This document shows, one piece after another, positions 50,828 to 60,975 of a stretch of 64,000 nt of DNA. Location of the stretch: contig CAVQRZ010000023.1 in assembly GCA_963715335.1 (NCBI GenBank), forward strand, positions 96,001-160,000. The letters run 5' to 3'. The stretch comes from an uncultured delta proteobacterium (GTDB lineage Bacteria > Desulfobacterota > Desulfuromonadia > Desulfuromonadales > BM103). A program made the position numbers and the translations under genes. Within the stretch, counting starts at the first letter, position 1. Each line of letters starts with the position of its first letter. Below the pieces are notes generated by a model. It had not been told where the DNA came from. It saw only the letters and a program-made list of their open reading frames with translations, and searched no databases.

Positions 50828-52495
50828 TCAGGCACACGCCGTGGATGGCTGCTCACTGATGCCGGCGCACAGCGACTCGACGTGCTGCAGGAGTTCCTGA
50901 ATATCCTGCTGCAGAACGATGGTGCATTGTTCGTCGAGCACCGACCTGAGAAGATCATCCGTGGTCAGCGGGTTGGCCAGGACAACACGCAGCACAGTGA
51001 CCTGTTGCCCTGAACTGAAAGTCTGCAGCCGGGTTCTCGATACGAAGGTTTTACCGGCTTCACGTTGGTCCTTCTGCAGCAGTTGGTTGACCTGGTCCAG
51101 ATGCTGGTTGATCTGATCACGCTGTTCGTCCGTCGCCTTGCTCAGGGCATCCTGCACGGCCGCCGGGCAATACCGATAAGTCAGGATGTTCAGTTCCGGG
51201 GGGCTGGTCAACTCGAAATGGGGGTGCTGGCGAATCATTTCAGCAAAGACTCTCGCCCTTTCGATCCCCATATCGATCAGCAGTTCATAGCCCTTGCGGC
51301 CGATGATCGACAAGCCGGCATGGACCAGCAGCGCCTTGCCGGGGCGGGACCCTTCCAGCGTGTGGCTGCCGAGGTCCTTGGAGCCGTGGCGCAAGATGTA
51401 ATTGGCATGATGCTCAATAGCGGAAAGAGCCGTGGGGTCCCTGAAAACAACCATCCCCGCCCCCATCGGCACATACAGCTGTTTGTGGGCGTCGATCGTT
51501 ACCGAGTCTGCACCTTCGATACCACCCAGGAGGTGACGATGGCGTTCCGAGAACAGGGTCGGCCCGCCCCACGCCGCATCGACGTGGAAGTGGCAACCGG
51601 CCTCTGCGGCCAGCGCCGCCATCTCTGCGAGCGGATCGACATTGCCGGTCTCGGTGGTACCGGCGATCCCGACCAGGGCCAACGGGCGGATATTTTCCTG
51701 GTGCAGGCGTTGTAACTCGGCTCTGAGGCTAGCCATATCGATCCGGTTATCCGCATCGGTGTCGACCAGGACCAGGTTGTCACGTCCCAGGCCGAGAAGG
51801 TCGACCGCCTTGCCGAGGGAATAGTGGCCACGGCGGGAGACCAGCACCGCCAGGCCTTCGCAGCCGAGGTGTTTCAGGGCACGCGACAAGCCTTCCTGGG
51901 CGATGCCCCGGAAAGAGCCGGATGGGGCACAGAGACGATTCCGGGCAACCCAGAGCGCAGTGACGTTGGCAATGGTCCCGCCGGAACAGAGAGCGCCGAG
52001 CGCATACCGGCTGTCATGAATCCAGCGGTCATAGAAGTTATCGGCGCCGCAATAGACCAGGCGATGGAGCATGGCGAGCACCTGACGTTCCAGGGGGGTA
52101 AAGGCCTTGGAGGTTTCGACCTTGACCAGGTTCTGGTTCAACGCTGTCATGATTCTCGAAAGCGGCAGCATGAAGTACGGCAGGGCCGACGTCATGTGAC
52201 CGATAAAACCGGGGGCTGCGGTGTGCACCGACTGGGCGACCAGGCGCTTTTTGACGAATTCGGTATACTCGGAAACGTAGGTCGGCTCTTCCGGGATCGT
52301 CGAGTCCGAGAAATCCGCCTCGATCTCTTCAATGCTGCGCTCAATAGCGACGATATGAGTTTGCAGGAATCCGGCCAGATCCACGGAAATGGCCTGATCA
52401 ATCTCGCCGAGAGTTGATTCAGGCGCTTCGGGGACCGTAAAGATCCGGTAGAGGCTTTCCAGTGTGGCGCGTGCTGTTTCGCGAGTCTTGTGCAT
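50828..52495 (-). CDS. panP: PLP-dependent aspartate 1-decarboxylase PanP (group II decarboxylase)
   Basis: FIGHMTSALP, NQNLVKVETSK, HVDAAWGG, DAHKQ, TLEGSR; directly downstream of panB-panC. Confidence 0.88.
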   Translation of the reverse strand: MHKTRETARATLESLYRIFTVPEAPESTLGEIDQAISVDLAGFLQTHIVAIERSIEEIEADFSDSTIPEEPTYVSEYTEFVKKRLVAQSVHTAAPGFIGHMTSALPYFMLPLSRIMTALNQNLVKVETSKAFTPLERQVLAMLHRLVYCGADNFYDRWIHDSRYALGALCSGGTIANVTALWVARNRLCAPSGSFRGIAQEGLSRALKHLGCEGLAVLVSRRGHYSLGKAVDLLGLGRDNLVLVDTDADNRIDMASLRAELQRLHQENIRPLALVGIAGTTETGNVDPLAEMAALAAEAGCHFHVDAAWGGPTLFSERHRHLLGGIEGADSVTIDAHKQLYVPMGAGMVVFRDPTALSAIEHHANYILRHGSKDLGSHTLEGSRPGKALLVHAGLSIIGRKGYELLIDMGIERARVFAEMIRQHPHFELTSPPELNILTYRYCPAAVQDALSKATDEQRDQINQHLDQVNQLLQKDQREAGKTFVSRTRLQTFSSGQQVTVLRVVLANPLTTDDLLRSVLDEQCTIVLQQDIQELLQHVESLCAGISEQPSTACA

Positions 52496-52499
52496 GACG

Positions 52500-53354
52500 C
52501 TACGCCTGCTCCATCAGGAGACCGTTGTCTATCAACCTGGTCTTGCCGACCTTGACCGCCAGAAGCATCACCGACTTCCGGTCAATCACATCAACCTCCT
52601 CGAGCGTCTCGGCGTCACAGATTTTCACATAATCGATTTTCAGGTCCGGTTCCGATTCGAGACGACCGATCGCTTGTGCCACAACAGTTGACGCCACCCG
52701 TTCACCGGCCCTGACCATGGACATCGACCGGTTCAAAGAGTCGATCAGAGCCAGCGCCTGTTGCCGTTCGCCGGCAGAAAGATAGACGTTGCGGGAACTC
52801 ATGGCCAGACCATCAGGTTCTCGGACGATCGGCATGCCGACGATCTCCACCGGCACGTTGAGATCGGCCGTCATGCGCCGGACAACCGCCGTCTGCTGAA
52901 AATCCTTGCAACCGAACAGGGCAAGGTGCGGCATAACGATGGTGAACAGTTTGGCAACGACCGTTGTCACGCCGCGGAAATGGGTGGGACGGCAAGCCCC
53001 CTCCAGGGAGCTCGTCAGGGGGCCTTCGACGGTGACATAGGTGGCGTATCCATCCGGGTAGATCGACGCCGCATCCGGGTAGAAGATCAGATCGACGTTG
53101 CATGCGCGGGCCATCGTCTCATCGCGGTCGAAATCGCGCGGGTAACGCCCGAGGTCCTCGCCCTGGCCGAACTGGGTCGGATTGACGAAAATCGACAGGA
53201 CCAGCAGATCTCCCCGTTTGCGCCCTTCCCGCAACAGCGAGAGATGGCCCTCGTGCAGATAGCCCATGGTTGGCACGAATGCAATCGTCTGCCCTGCTGC
53301 TCTTGCGACCAGGCAGCGCTTCTGCATCTCTTTGATATCTGTGATTGTTTCCAT
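52500..53354 (-). CDS. panC: Pantoate--beta-alanine ligase
   Basis: VPTMGYLHEGH, SIFVNPTQF, RPTHFRGV, GLAMSSRN, TRLIDN. Confidence 0.97.
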   Translation of the reverse strand: METITDIKEMQKRCLVARAAGQTIAFVPTMGYLHEGHLSLLREGRKRGDLLVLSIFVNPTQFGQGEDLGRYPRDFDRDETMARACNVDLIFYPDAASIYPDGYATYVTVEGPLTSSLEGACRPTHFRGVTTVVAKLFTIVMPHLALFGCKDFQQTAVVRRMTADLNVPVEIVGMPIVREPDGLAMSSRNVYLSAGERQQALALIDSLNRSMSMVRAGERVASTVVAQAIGRLESEPDLKIDYVKICDAETLEEVDVIDRKSVMLLAVKVGKTRLIDNGLLMEQA

Positions 53355-53428
53355 AAAACTCGTGGCGCGTAGCGCGTGGCGAGTAGCGCGATGTCATAAC
53401 GCATAAGTCGTGCCACGCGCCACGTCGT

Positions 53429-54241
53429 TTAAAAAGAATGCTCCGGTCCGGGGAAAATCCCCTCCTTGACTTCGCGAATATAATCGTCGACGCCCTGGCG
53501 GATGGTGCCTGAGACATCGGCGTAGCGCTTGACGAATTTCGGCGAGTACTTCTCGCAGAGGCCGAGGATGTCATGGATCACCAGCACCTGGCCGTCACAG
53601 TCTGCGCCGGCACCGATACCGATCGTCGGGATTATCAGTTCAGCTGAGATTTGCGCTGCGAGTTTGGCCGGAATCCCCTCGAGGACGACTGCGCAGGCGC
53701 CCGCTTCGGCGACAGCCCTGGCATCGGCCAGCAACTGGCTGGCACGGGCCTGTTCACGCCCCTGGACCCGATAGCCGCCCATGCGATGCACCGATTGCGG
53801 GGTCAGGCCAACATGGCCAACGACCGGGATATCCATGGCAACGATGGAGCGAATCGTTTCCGCAACCTGTACGCCGCCTTCCAGCTTGACCGCATGAGCA
53901 CCGCCTTCCTTGATCAGGCGACCGGCGTTGCGACGGGCCTCGACCAACTCGACCTGGTAAGAGAGGAAAGGCATATCGGCAACGATCAATGACTTTGAGG
54001 CACCCCTGGCAACGGCTCGGGTATGATAGATCATCTCTTCCATGGTTACCGGCAGGGTGTTTTCATAACCGGCCACCACCGAGCCGACGGAATCGCCGAC
54101 CAGGATGACATCGACGCCGGCCTGGTCCATAAGTCGTGCAAACGGGTAATCGTAAGCTGTCAGGACAGCGATCTTTTCTCCACTGGCCTTCATGGCTTGC
54201 AGGTCCGGTATCGTCCGGCGTTTTTTCTGTTTAGCGCTCAA
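53429..54241 (-). CDS. panB: 3-methyl-2-oxobutanoate hydroxymethyltransferase
   Basis: LTAYD, LVGDS, VKLEGG, GHVGLTPQ, IGIGAG; AGGAGG RBS before TTG. Confidence 0.97.
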   Translation of the reverse strand: MSAKQKKRRTIPDLQAMKASGEKIAVLTAYDYPFARLMDQAGVDVILVGDSVGSVVAGYENTLPVTMEEMIYHTRAVARGASKSLIVADMPFLSYQVELVEARRNAGRLIKEGGAHAVKLEGGVQVAETIRSIVAMDIPVVGHVGLTPQSVHRMGGYRVQGREQARASQLLADARAVAEAGACAVVLEGIPAKLAAQISAELIIPTIGIGAGADCDGQVLVIHDILGLCEKYSPKFVKRYADVSGTIRQGVDDYIREVKEGIFPGPEHSF

Positions 54242-54279
54242 ACGGTTAACCTCCTGATATAACTTTACATTCTTTCAAC

Positions 54280-54309
54280 AAAAAAGCCCCCCGAAGCGAC
54301 ACGGAAGGC
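54280..54309 (-). terminator. Leader (attenuator) terminator upstream of panB
   Basis: Minus strand GCCTTCCG...CGGGGGGC followed by TTTTTT. Confidence 0.7.
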
Positions 54310-54358
54310 AGTCACAAGCCGCGGCAACCGGTGCCGGACACTTGTTTTGCTGTTACTG

Positions 54359-54385
54359 CCGTCCCGGTCACGTGGATCCAGGCGG
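54359..54385 (-). ncRNA. pan RNA motif (cis-regulatory candidate)
   Basis: Minus strand CCGCCTGGATCCACGTGACCGGGACGG, a stem with bulged A residues, upstream of panB. Matches my recollection of the pan motif. Confidence 0.75.
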
Positions 54386-54541
54386 TATGTCCGGGCCCCC
54401 TGTTTCAGTTGCGGCTCCGGCACATGTTCCGGGCCTGAAACAACAGGGCCAAAAAAGCGTTCTACTCTATAACACAGGCCTTCGACGGAGTCCAGCCGGA
54501 TTTAAAAAACACCCCCCTGGCCACCTGCGCTTCGCCAACCT

Positions 54542-55120
54542 TTACTTCTTCAACAACGCTGTGCCAGCACTGTAAGCATCAGCTGCCTTGCCACCCAGCG
54601 ACCAGTACTCCCGGAGACCGCCCAGGTAGACCAGCGGATCAAACTCCCTGGCATCGGCCTTGCCGCTGTCATTGAAAGCGCTCTCGCAGGCGTGTATCTC
54701 GACGATCTCCGCCATCACCAGGCGATAGTCCCCAAGCTCGACTTCACGCAGGTAGCGGCACTCAACATTCAGGGGCGAATCAGCCAGCAGAGACACCCCT
54801 GCAACAGTGCCGGGAGCAACATCCAGACCGGTCAACTCATGTTTGTCTGCCGTGCTGCCGGAGACGAGTCCGCAGGCATCCGCAGCGGCCGCAAGCCTGG
54901 CGGGGACGAGATTTACGGAAAAAACTCTGCTGGCCATGATGTTGGCGTAAGTTTTCCGGCCATGGTGCAGTGATACGGCGATAGTCGGGGGGGTCTTGCT
55001 GACAATGCCCACCCAGGACGCCATCATCAGGTTGATCTTGCCCTGCCGGTCGCTGCTGCAAATCAGCGTGGCCGGCTGGGGGAAAAACGTCACACACGGA
55101 CCGAGTTGTCGCTTTTTCAA
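54542..55120 (-). CDS. Flavin reductase-like protein
   Basis: FPQPATLI, NLMMASW, FSVNL, PLNVEC. TTG start after a GGAG RBS. Confidence 0.88.
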   Translation of the reverse strand: MKKRQLGPCVTFFPQPATLICSSDRQGKINLMMASWVGIVSKTPPTIAVSLHHGRKTYANIMASRVFSVNLVPARLAAAADACGLVSGSTADKHELTGLDVAPGTVAGVSLLADSPLNVECRYLREVELGDYRLVMAEIVEIHACESAFNDSGKADAREFDPLVYLGGLREYWSLGGKAADAYSAGTALLKK

Positions 55121-55175
55121 TGCATACTCCTTAACCGAGAGGCGCGAAGTGCGTAGCGCGAAAGGGCCTCCAAGA

Positions 55176-55227
55176 CACTTCCCACTTCCCACTTCCCACT
55201 TCCCACTTCCCACTTCCCACTTCCCAC
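55176..55227 (+). repeat. Perfect heptamer tandem repeat (CACTTCC)7-CAC
   Basis: Seen directly in the gdh-flavin reductase gap. Confidence 0.95.
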
Positions 55228-55243
55228 GTCTCGCACTTCGAGA

Positions 55244-58200
55244 TTAATCCTCTATCGACTCCAGCGCCCGCAGCAGCACCATGTATGGACTGGTACTGGT
55301 CGGTGGAGTGGATCTCATGCTCTCAAGCAGGTCGAGGAAATAATTGACGCGCTGGCGTTTTCCGGACAGGAAGGTCTCAGCATCAAGCCCTTCAGCAACA
55401 ACAATTCTGGTCAGGTTGACAGTCTGACGGATGAAAGCGCTCTGCAGGTTTGCGACGGCCATGCGGTCCCATTTGTCGTGCGGTGAAAAGTCCCTGAGGC
55501 TTGCCATGATTTGCGAGGTTTTCAGGCGCAGGCGCATTTTAGCCATCGCCGTGGTCACAGACAACAGGTCGGCACCGGTATTCTCGGCGATATAAACGGC
55601 CGGGAGGAATCCGGCGAGATAACGGAAGCTGGTCATTTCAAGAGCCATCCCTGCAGGGAAACCCTCTTCGGCCAAAGTGCCCGCCGCATCCTTGCAAAGC
55701 TGCCATTCATCGGTCGGCAGCAACTCTTCCAGATGGGTGCGGAATATCTCCAGGCACTGGCTGTATCTCTTGACATAACCCTTGTCGAGACAGATCGGCA
55801 GACCCTGCTCAATGGCCTGGTGACACAACCCGGCCAGGGCCTTCTCCAGGCCGATCAGCAGTTCGTACTGGCGACCGGCGGCCAGCTTGTTGTCTGCAGC
55901 CATAATCCTGCCGCGAATGGCCGCTCCGCCAAGGACTTCATCGAAGACCAGGTAGGCGACGACCCCCTGGACAAGGGTTGCACCGGCCTGACGCACCAGG
56001 GTGTTCAGGAAGGCGCATCCGGCCTGGTCGACGATCCGGTTGGTTATCATGGTAGCGATGATCTCACGCTTCAGCGGGTGGTGGCTGATTTGGGACGCAA
56101 AGCGCGTGCGGGTTTTCTCAGGGAAGTATTGCTTCAGAAAAACCTGGGCGGCCTCCTGGTCAGGGAGTTCGCTTTCAAGCAGGGATTGGTAGAGGTGCAT
56201 TTTGCTGTAGGCCAGCAGGATCGATAATTCAGGACGCACATACCCCTGTCCCCTGGCGACCAGCTCCTTACGCGAGGGGAGAAATTCTCCCTGGCGGTCA
56301 AGCAGGCCGGCATTCGCCAGGCGTTCGCCCAGGTCAATAAATGGGTCGCTGTCCCGCTGCGAACGCAGAAGGTCGAGCGACAGGCAAAGGCTCTGCGTGT
56401 AATTGTTGGCCAAAACCTTGTCGCAAACCTCATCGCCCACTTCCTGCAGCTGCCGGTTGCGCGTCTGCTCGGTCTTGATAACTCCCGCTTCGCGCAGCAC
56501 CTGGTAGAAGATCTTCATGTTGACTTCGTGGTCCGACGTGTCGACACCTGCCGAATTGTCGATGGCATCGGTGTTGATCGATCCTCCGGCCATGGCGTAT
56601 TCAACTCTCGCCAGCTGGGTCAGGCCCAGGTTGCCACCTTCACCGATCACCCTGGCCCTGACTTGCGCGGCGGTGACGCGGACATTGTCGTTGGCACGAT
56701 CACCGACATCGGCGTTCTTTTCCGTGGAGGCCCTGACGTAAGTACCGATGCCACCGTTCCAGAGCAGCTCGACTTCGGCCGTCAGCAGTCGTCGCACCAG
56801 TTCATCCCCTTCCATGGTGGTGTGTCTGACGCCGAGCCATGCGCGGACTTCGGCCGAGAGAGGAATATCCTTCGAAGACCGCTCCCAGACTCCGCCCCCC
56901 CTGGAGATCAGAGCGGCGTTGTAATCCGCCCAGGTCGAGCGGGGCTTGTCAAACAGGCGCTTGCGCTCTTTCCAGGATCGGGCCGGGTCGGGATCCGGAT
57001 CGATAAAGATATGCATATGGTTGAAAGCTGCAAGCAAGCGTGTATGTTTCGACAACAACATGCCGTTGCCGAACACGTCGCCGCTCATGTCACCGATACC
57101 GACTACGCTAAAGTCCTCGCTCTGGATGTCTTTCCCCAGCTCCCTGAAATGGCGCTTGACACATTCCCAAGCCCCGCGTGCCGTGATCCCCAGCTTCTTA
57201 TGGTCATAACCGACCGAGCCGCCGCTGGCAAAGGCATCGCCGAGCCAGAACCCGTAGTCAATGCTGACCGCATTGGCAGTGTCCGGAAGGTGTGCCGTGC
57301 CCTTGTCTGCGGCAACCACCAGGTAAGGGTCGAAGTCGTCATACACAACCACGCCCTTCGGCCTCTCAATTTGGCCTGCGACACGGTTGTCAACCAGGTC
57401 GAGCAGGCCGCGCATCAGCGTGATATAGGCCAGCCGCGACAGCTCGGCACCCTCCTCCCTGGTAGAGAAAGAGTTCTTGACCACAAAACCGCCCTTCGAG
57501 CCGACCGGGACGATCAGTGAGTTCTTGGTCATCTGGGTTTTCATCAGGCCCAGCACCTCGGTGCGGAAATCGTCCGGACGGTCCGACCAACGGATACCGC
57601 CGCGCGCAACCTTGCCGCCGCGCAGGTGAATCCCCTCCATGCTCGCCGAATGCACGAAAGTTTCGTACATTGGCCGCGGGAACGGCATATCGATAATGCC
57701 GATGGCGCTGACCTTGAAAGAAAGGAAATAATCCGGGTCATCGCGACGCAGGAAGAAGTTGGTCCGCACGGTCGAATCGATCAGGTTGAACATGCTGCGC
57801 AGGATGCGGTCTTCATTGATGTCGCGAATCTCGTCAAGGACCTGCGAAAGCTCCATCCTGACCGGCATCAACGCTTCCTCTTCCCGTTGCAGAGCATCCT
57901 GCCAGACCGGGTTCGGCTTGAAACGCGCTTCAAAATACTGGTACAGGAGCAAAGCCGCCCGGGGGTTGCCGATCAGAGCGAAGGCAACGCGACGCTTGGT
58001 AAACGGGTTGCCCAGTTGAAAATAGTAACTGCGATAGGCCCTGAAAACATCAATCTGCTGCCAGTCGAGTCCGGTCAAAACGAGCAGGCCGTTGAGATAG
58101 TCGTTTTCCACCTTTCCCTTGCGCAACCCGTTGAGGATTTCAAGAAACTTCTCCCGCAGCGACGACAGCGGCAAGGCTAGCGGGTGACTGTTGCGAATCG

Positions 58201-59995
58201 CGAAGCTCTTGATGTAGACGGTCTGCTCCTCGACCTCGACGATCAGGTCTACCTCGTCGACGACGACCAGGTTGAGGTTTTCCAGGAACGGCATCAGTTC
58301 ATTCAGATAACTTTCCCTGAGGCTGTAGAATTGCAGACGAAAAAACTCATGACGCTCCTGAAACGGGCCCCATAGGTCGAATCCGTCTTCACCGGTCTCT
58401 AGCACCCTTTCTATGGCCCGCACATCCCTGATTGCAAAGCGTGGATGGATCAGGTCTTTGTATTCATGCGAGAAGGTGTTGATGTACTTTTGCCACAGCT
58501 GCAAGCCGTCACCTTCCCCGGTGCCGCGCTGGAGCAGCAGGCGAAGTTTTTCATCCCATGGCCTGGCCAGGTCCGTCAGGACCTTCTGCAGCGATTCGAT
58601 GTCGATTTTGACCTGCTCGCCCTGCGGGACGATATGGAAGTGCAGGCTGACGTAGTCGGAAAAGAAGTGGATCACCCGTGACGAGATATGCTCGGCATTG
58701 AGAAAACGGCCGAGATATGATTCCATGCGCCGCACTGAATCACTGCTGTAATAATCGCGGGGCATGATCACCAGCAAGGTTATGCCGCGCAGGCTGAGAC
58801 TGCGGGTCACAACCAGTTTGACCGATTGTTCGCGCTGCAGGCTGATGAACGAACGGACCAGCCGGTCAAGTTCCGCATCGGTCAGGAAGAACATCTCCAC
58901 TTTCGGGAAGGTATTGAAGATCTCTACGAGCTTCCGGTAGTCGTAACTGTCAGTCGCGACATGCTGACGGGTCAGAGCAGTCAGCAATTTATCTCTTAAC
59001 GGCGGAACATTCGTCGCCAGTTCATTGACACTGTTCTGCGAGAAAAGTCCGACGAATAAGTGTTCGATCCGCTTCCCGACCTTGCCGCATTCGCGGAAAC
59101 CGAGATAGACCAGGTTGTCCTGCTTGTAGAGCGGGCTTTTTTCTTCGAGTATTTCAACAACCAGCGGGTTATTGCGGGCGAGCAGTTGCTTGGTCCCTGC
59201 AGTTGGCTGCAGGATCTTGCCGCCCCGGCCTTTTGACAGCAGGGTTTCTGGCAGCCAGCCGACAGGCGGCTCGACAATCTTCGCCTGGCCGGCGTTCCCT
59301 TTGGCTGCCGAAGTCTCGATCGAGGCATAGCCGAAACAGATAAAATTACCCTTGAGCAGCCATTCGGAAAAATCTTTCTGTTCCCGGTTCTCCGCAATCT
59401 GTGCCAGGCTTTTGAGCTTCTGTTCAAGCATCCCGCGCTGATTGCCTACGGCCAGCACAACCTTAAAAACCCGGCGAACTTCCTTTTCTATCTCTGTGGT
59501 ATCGAAGTCGCGGACACCTTCGAACTGGACAAGCAGAAAAGACTCTTTGAGATCGGCTTCGGCATTGTCTCCGAGCGCGACCAGCAACCCCTTCCTGCGC
59601 TGCACAGGCAGGATCGGGTGGGAAATAATCATAGCCCGGTACGACAGCTTGCGCAGGATGTTTTTCAGTGAATCGACCAGGTATGGGACATCAGGTGTAT
59701 TGACCAGCAGGAAAGAGGACCCGCTGTTGCCGGGAGTGAACCGGCACACCTTGACATCCTCGTCACGCTGGCGAAGAAATTCATGAAAAGCACCCAGCCA
59801 TTCCAGCAAGTCGTCGACAGGCAGCTTGAGGAGGACCTGTGAATGGCTGTATACCAGCAGGGCTTCGGCCAGGGCCAGGATTGAGTCTGCGTCTGTGCGG
59901 GAGGATAATTTTTTCAGGCGACGACGGATCTCTGCGATCCTCTCCTGAAGGGTCTTGGTAAAGTTTTTGCCGTGCTCTTCAATGATGACGTCCAT
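55244..59995 (-). CDS. gdhB: Large NAD-specific glutamate dehydrogenase
   Basis: ARGGIRWSDR, YLVVAADKGTA, FASGGS, GIGDMSGDVFGNG, LWNGGIGT, EGGNLG, DNSAGV. Start trimmed to MDVII. Confidence 0.93.
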   Translation of the reverse strand: MDVIIEEHGKNFTKTLQERIAEIRRRLKKLSSRTDADSILALAEALLVYSHSQVLLKLPVDDLLEWLGAFHEFLRQRDEDVKVCRFTPGNSGSSFLLVNTPDVPYLVDSLKNILRKLSYRAMIISHPILPVQRRKGLLVALGDNAEADLKESFLLVQFEGVRDFDTTEIEKEVRRVFKVVLAVGNQRGMLEQKLKSLAQIAENREQKDFSEWLLKGNFICFGYASIETSAAKGNAGQAKIVEPPVGWLPETLLSKGRGGKILQPTAGTKQLLARNNPLVVEILEEKSPLYKQDNLVYLGFRECGKVGKRIEHLFVGLFSQNSVNELATNVPPLRDKLLTALTRQHVATDSYDYRKLVEIFNTFPKVEMFFLTDAELDRLVRSFISLQREQSVKLVVTRSLSLRGITLLVIMPRDYYSSDSVRRMESYLGRFLNAEHISSRVIHFFSDYVSLHFHIVPQGEQVKIDIESLQKVLTDLARPWDEKLRLLLQRGTGEGDGLQLWQKYINTFSHEYKDLIHPRFAIRDVRAIERVLETGEDGFDLWGPFQERHEFFRLQFYSLRESYLNELMPFLENLNLVVVDEVDLIVEVEEQTVYIKSFAIRNSHPLALPLSSLREKFLEILNGLRKGKVENDYLNGLLVLTGLDWQQIDVFRAYRSYYFQLGNPFTKRRVAFALIGNPRAALLLYQYFEARFKPNPVWQDALQREEEALMPVRMELSQVLDEIRDINEDRILRSMFNLIDSTVRTNFFLRRDDPDYFLSFKVSAIGIIDMPFPRPMYETFVHSASMEGIHLRGGKVARGGIRWSDRPDDFRTEVLGLMKTQMTKNSLIVPVGSKGGFVVKNSFSTREEGAELSRLAYITLMRGLLDLVDNRVAGQIERPKGVVVYDDFDPYLVVAADKGTAHLPDTANAVSIDYGFWLGDAFASGGSVGYDHKKLGITARGAWECVKRHFRELGKDIQSEDFSVVGIGDMSGDVFGNGMLLSKHTRLLAAFNHMHIFIDPDPDPARSWKERKRLFDKPRSTWADYNAALISRGGGVWERSSKDIPLSAEVRAWLGVRHTTMEGDELVRRLLTAEVELLWNGGIGTYVRASTEKNADVGDRANDNVRVTAAQVRARVIGEGGNLGLTQLARVEYAMAGGSINTDAIDNSAGVDTSDHEVNMKIFYQVLREAGVIKTEQTRNRQLQEVGDEVCDKVLANNYTQSLCLSLDLLRSQRDSDPFIDLGERLANAGLLDRQGEFLPSRKELVARGQGYVRPELSILLAYSKMHLYQSLLESELPDQEAAQVFLKQYFPEKTRTRFASQISHHPLKREIIATMITNRIVDQAGCAFLNTLVRQAGATLVQGVVAYLVFDEVLGGAAIRGRIMAADNKLAAGRQYELLIGLEKALAGLCHQAIEQGLPICLDKGYVKRYSQCLEIFRTHLEELLPTDEWQLCKDAAGTLAEEGFPAGMALEMTSFRYLAGFLPAVYIAENTGADLLSVTTAMAKMRLRLKTSQIMASLRDFSPHDKWDRMAVANLQSAFIRQTVNLTRIVVAEGLDAETFLSGKRQRVNYFLDLLESMRSTPPTSTSPYMVLLRALESIED

Positions 59996-60096
59996 TGGCA
60001 GCCTCTCTGGAAAGGTTTGTGTCAGGTATGGACACAAGTCTAGGCGAAGACCGTCACAATGCAACCCCGGGCAGCTGACAAAACAAGTTATTGCAG

Positions 60097-60975
60097 TCAG
60101 TTGCCATGCATGACGATATCAGCGTCGCGGCGCAGTTCAGAGACCCACTGCTCCAGCAACTTCGCGCCCCTGGACTTTTTCAGGAAAGCAATGATTTTGT
60201 TCCTTGAATCATCGATGGTCGGCGGCGCCGGGATCTCGTGGGCCGTTACCCTGATCAGGTGGTAGCCGTAAGGCGTTTTGACCGGGTTGCCAACTTCGCC
60301 GACAATCTGGCTGAAGGCGGCATCAGCAAAAGCAGGATCGACATCCTCGCGTCGAATCAGGCCAAGTTCACCGCCGCCCGGAGCACTGACACAGGCCGAG
60401 TGCCGCCGGGCAATTTCAGCGAAGCCTTCCTGTTCTGCACGAACCTTGAGAGCCTTGGCGTGCTCCAGAGCCTCTTCCGGGGCGTCAGGATCGATCGGCA
60501 GCAGGATATGACTGGCCTGGATCCGCTCCTGATCGCGCAGCTGGTCCGGGTGGTCGGCAAAAAATCTTCTGATTTCGTCTTCACCGGGCTCCTCCACAGC
60601 GGCCAGCCTGCGCGCAGACATCTGGTCCACGGTGACGTCCTTGCGCACCATCCGCAGGAAGGAAGCTTTGTCCAGGCCACGCTCTGCCAGGCGGCCCCAG
60701 AAATCTTTCGGGTTGCCCATCATGCGCAGGATTCTGGCCGTTTCCGCTTCGACGGCAGCGTCATCGGCAACCAGGCCTTCCGACAATGCCGCCTGGAAAA
60801 TCAGCTCTCTGGCGATCAGACGCTCCAGGGCCATGGCCATTAATTCGGCAAGAGACTCCGACGGCACCTCAGCGAGAGTGGCGTGAAAATTTTCCTGGGC
60901 CAGGCTCTGCATCGCCGCATTGAGGGCCTTGTCATCAATCGGCGAGCCGTTAACGGTTGCGATCCGTTGTTCCAT
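60097..60975 (-). CDS. Parvulin-type peptidyl-prolyl isomerase (SurA/NifM-like)
   Basis: IATVNG, ASHILL, SACVSAPGGGELG, KTPYGYHLI. Confidence 0.88.
   Translation of the reverse strand: MEQRIATVNGSPIDDKALNAAMQSLAQENFHATLAEVPSESLAELMAMALERLIARELIFQAALSEGLVADDAAVEAETARILRMMGNPKDFWGRLAERGLDKASFLRMVRKDVTVDQMSARRLAAVEEPGEDEIRRFFADHPDQLRDQERIQASHILLPIDPDAPEEALEHAKALKVRAEQEGFAEIARRHSACVSAPGGGELGLIRREDVDPAFADAAFSQIVGEVGNPVKTPYGYHLIRVTAHEIPAPPTIDDSRNKIIAFLKKSRGAKLLEQWVSELRRDADIVMHGN

Noticed and set aside
55176..55227. CRISPR array
   Set aside because: It is a tandem 7-mer without spacers, and no cas genes or repeat-spacer pattern appear in the window.
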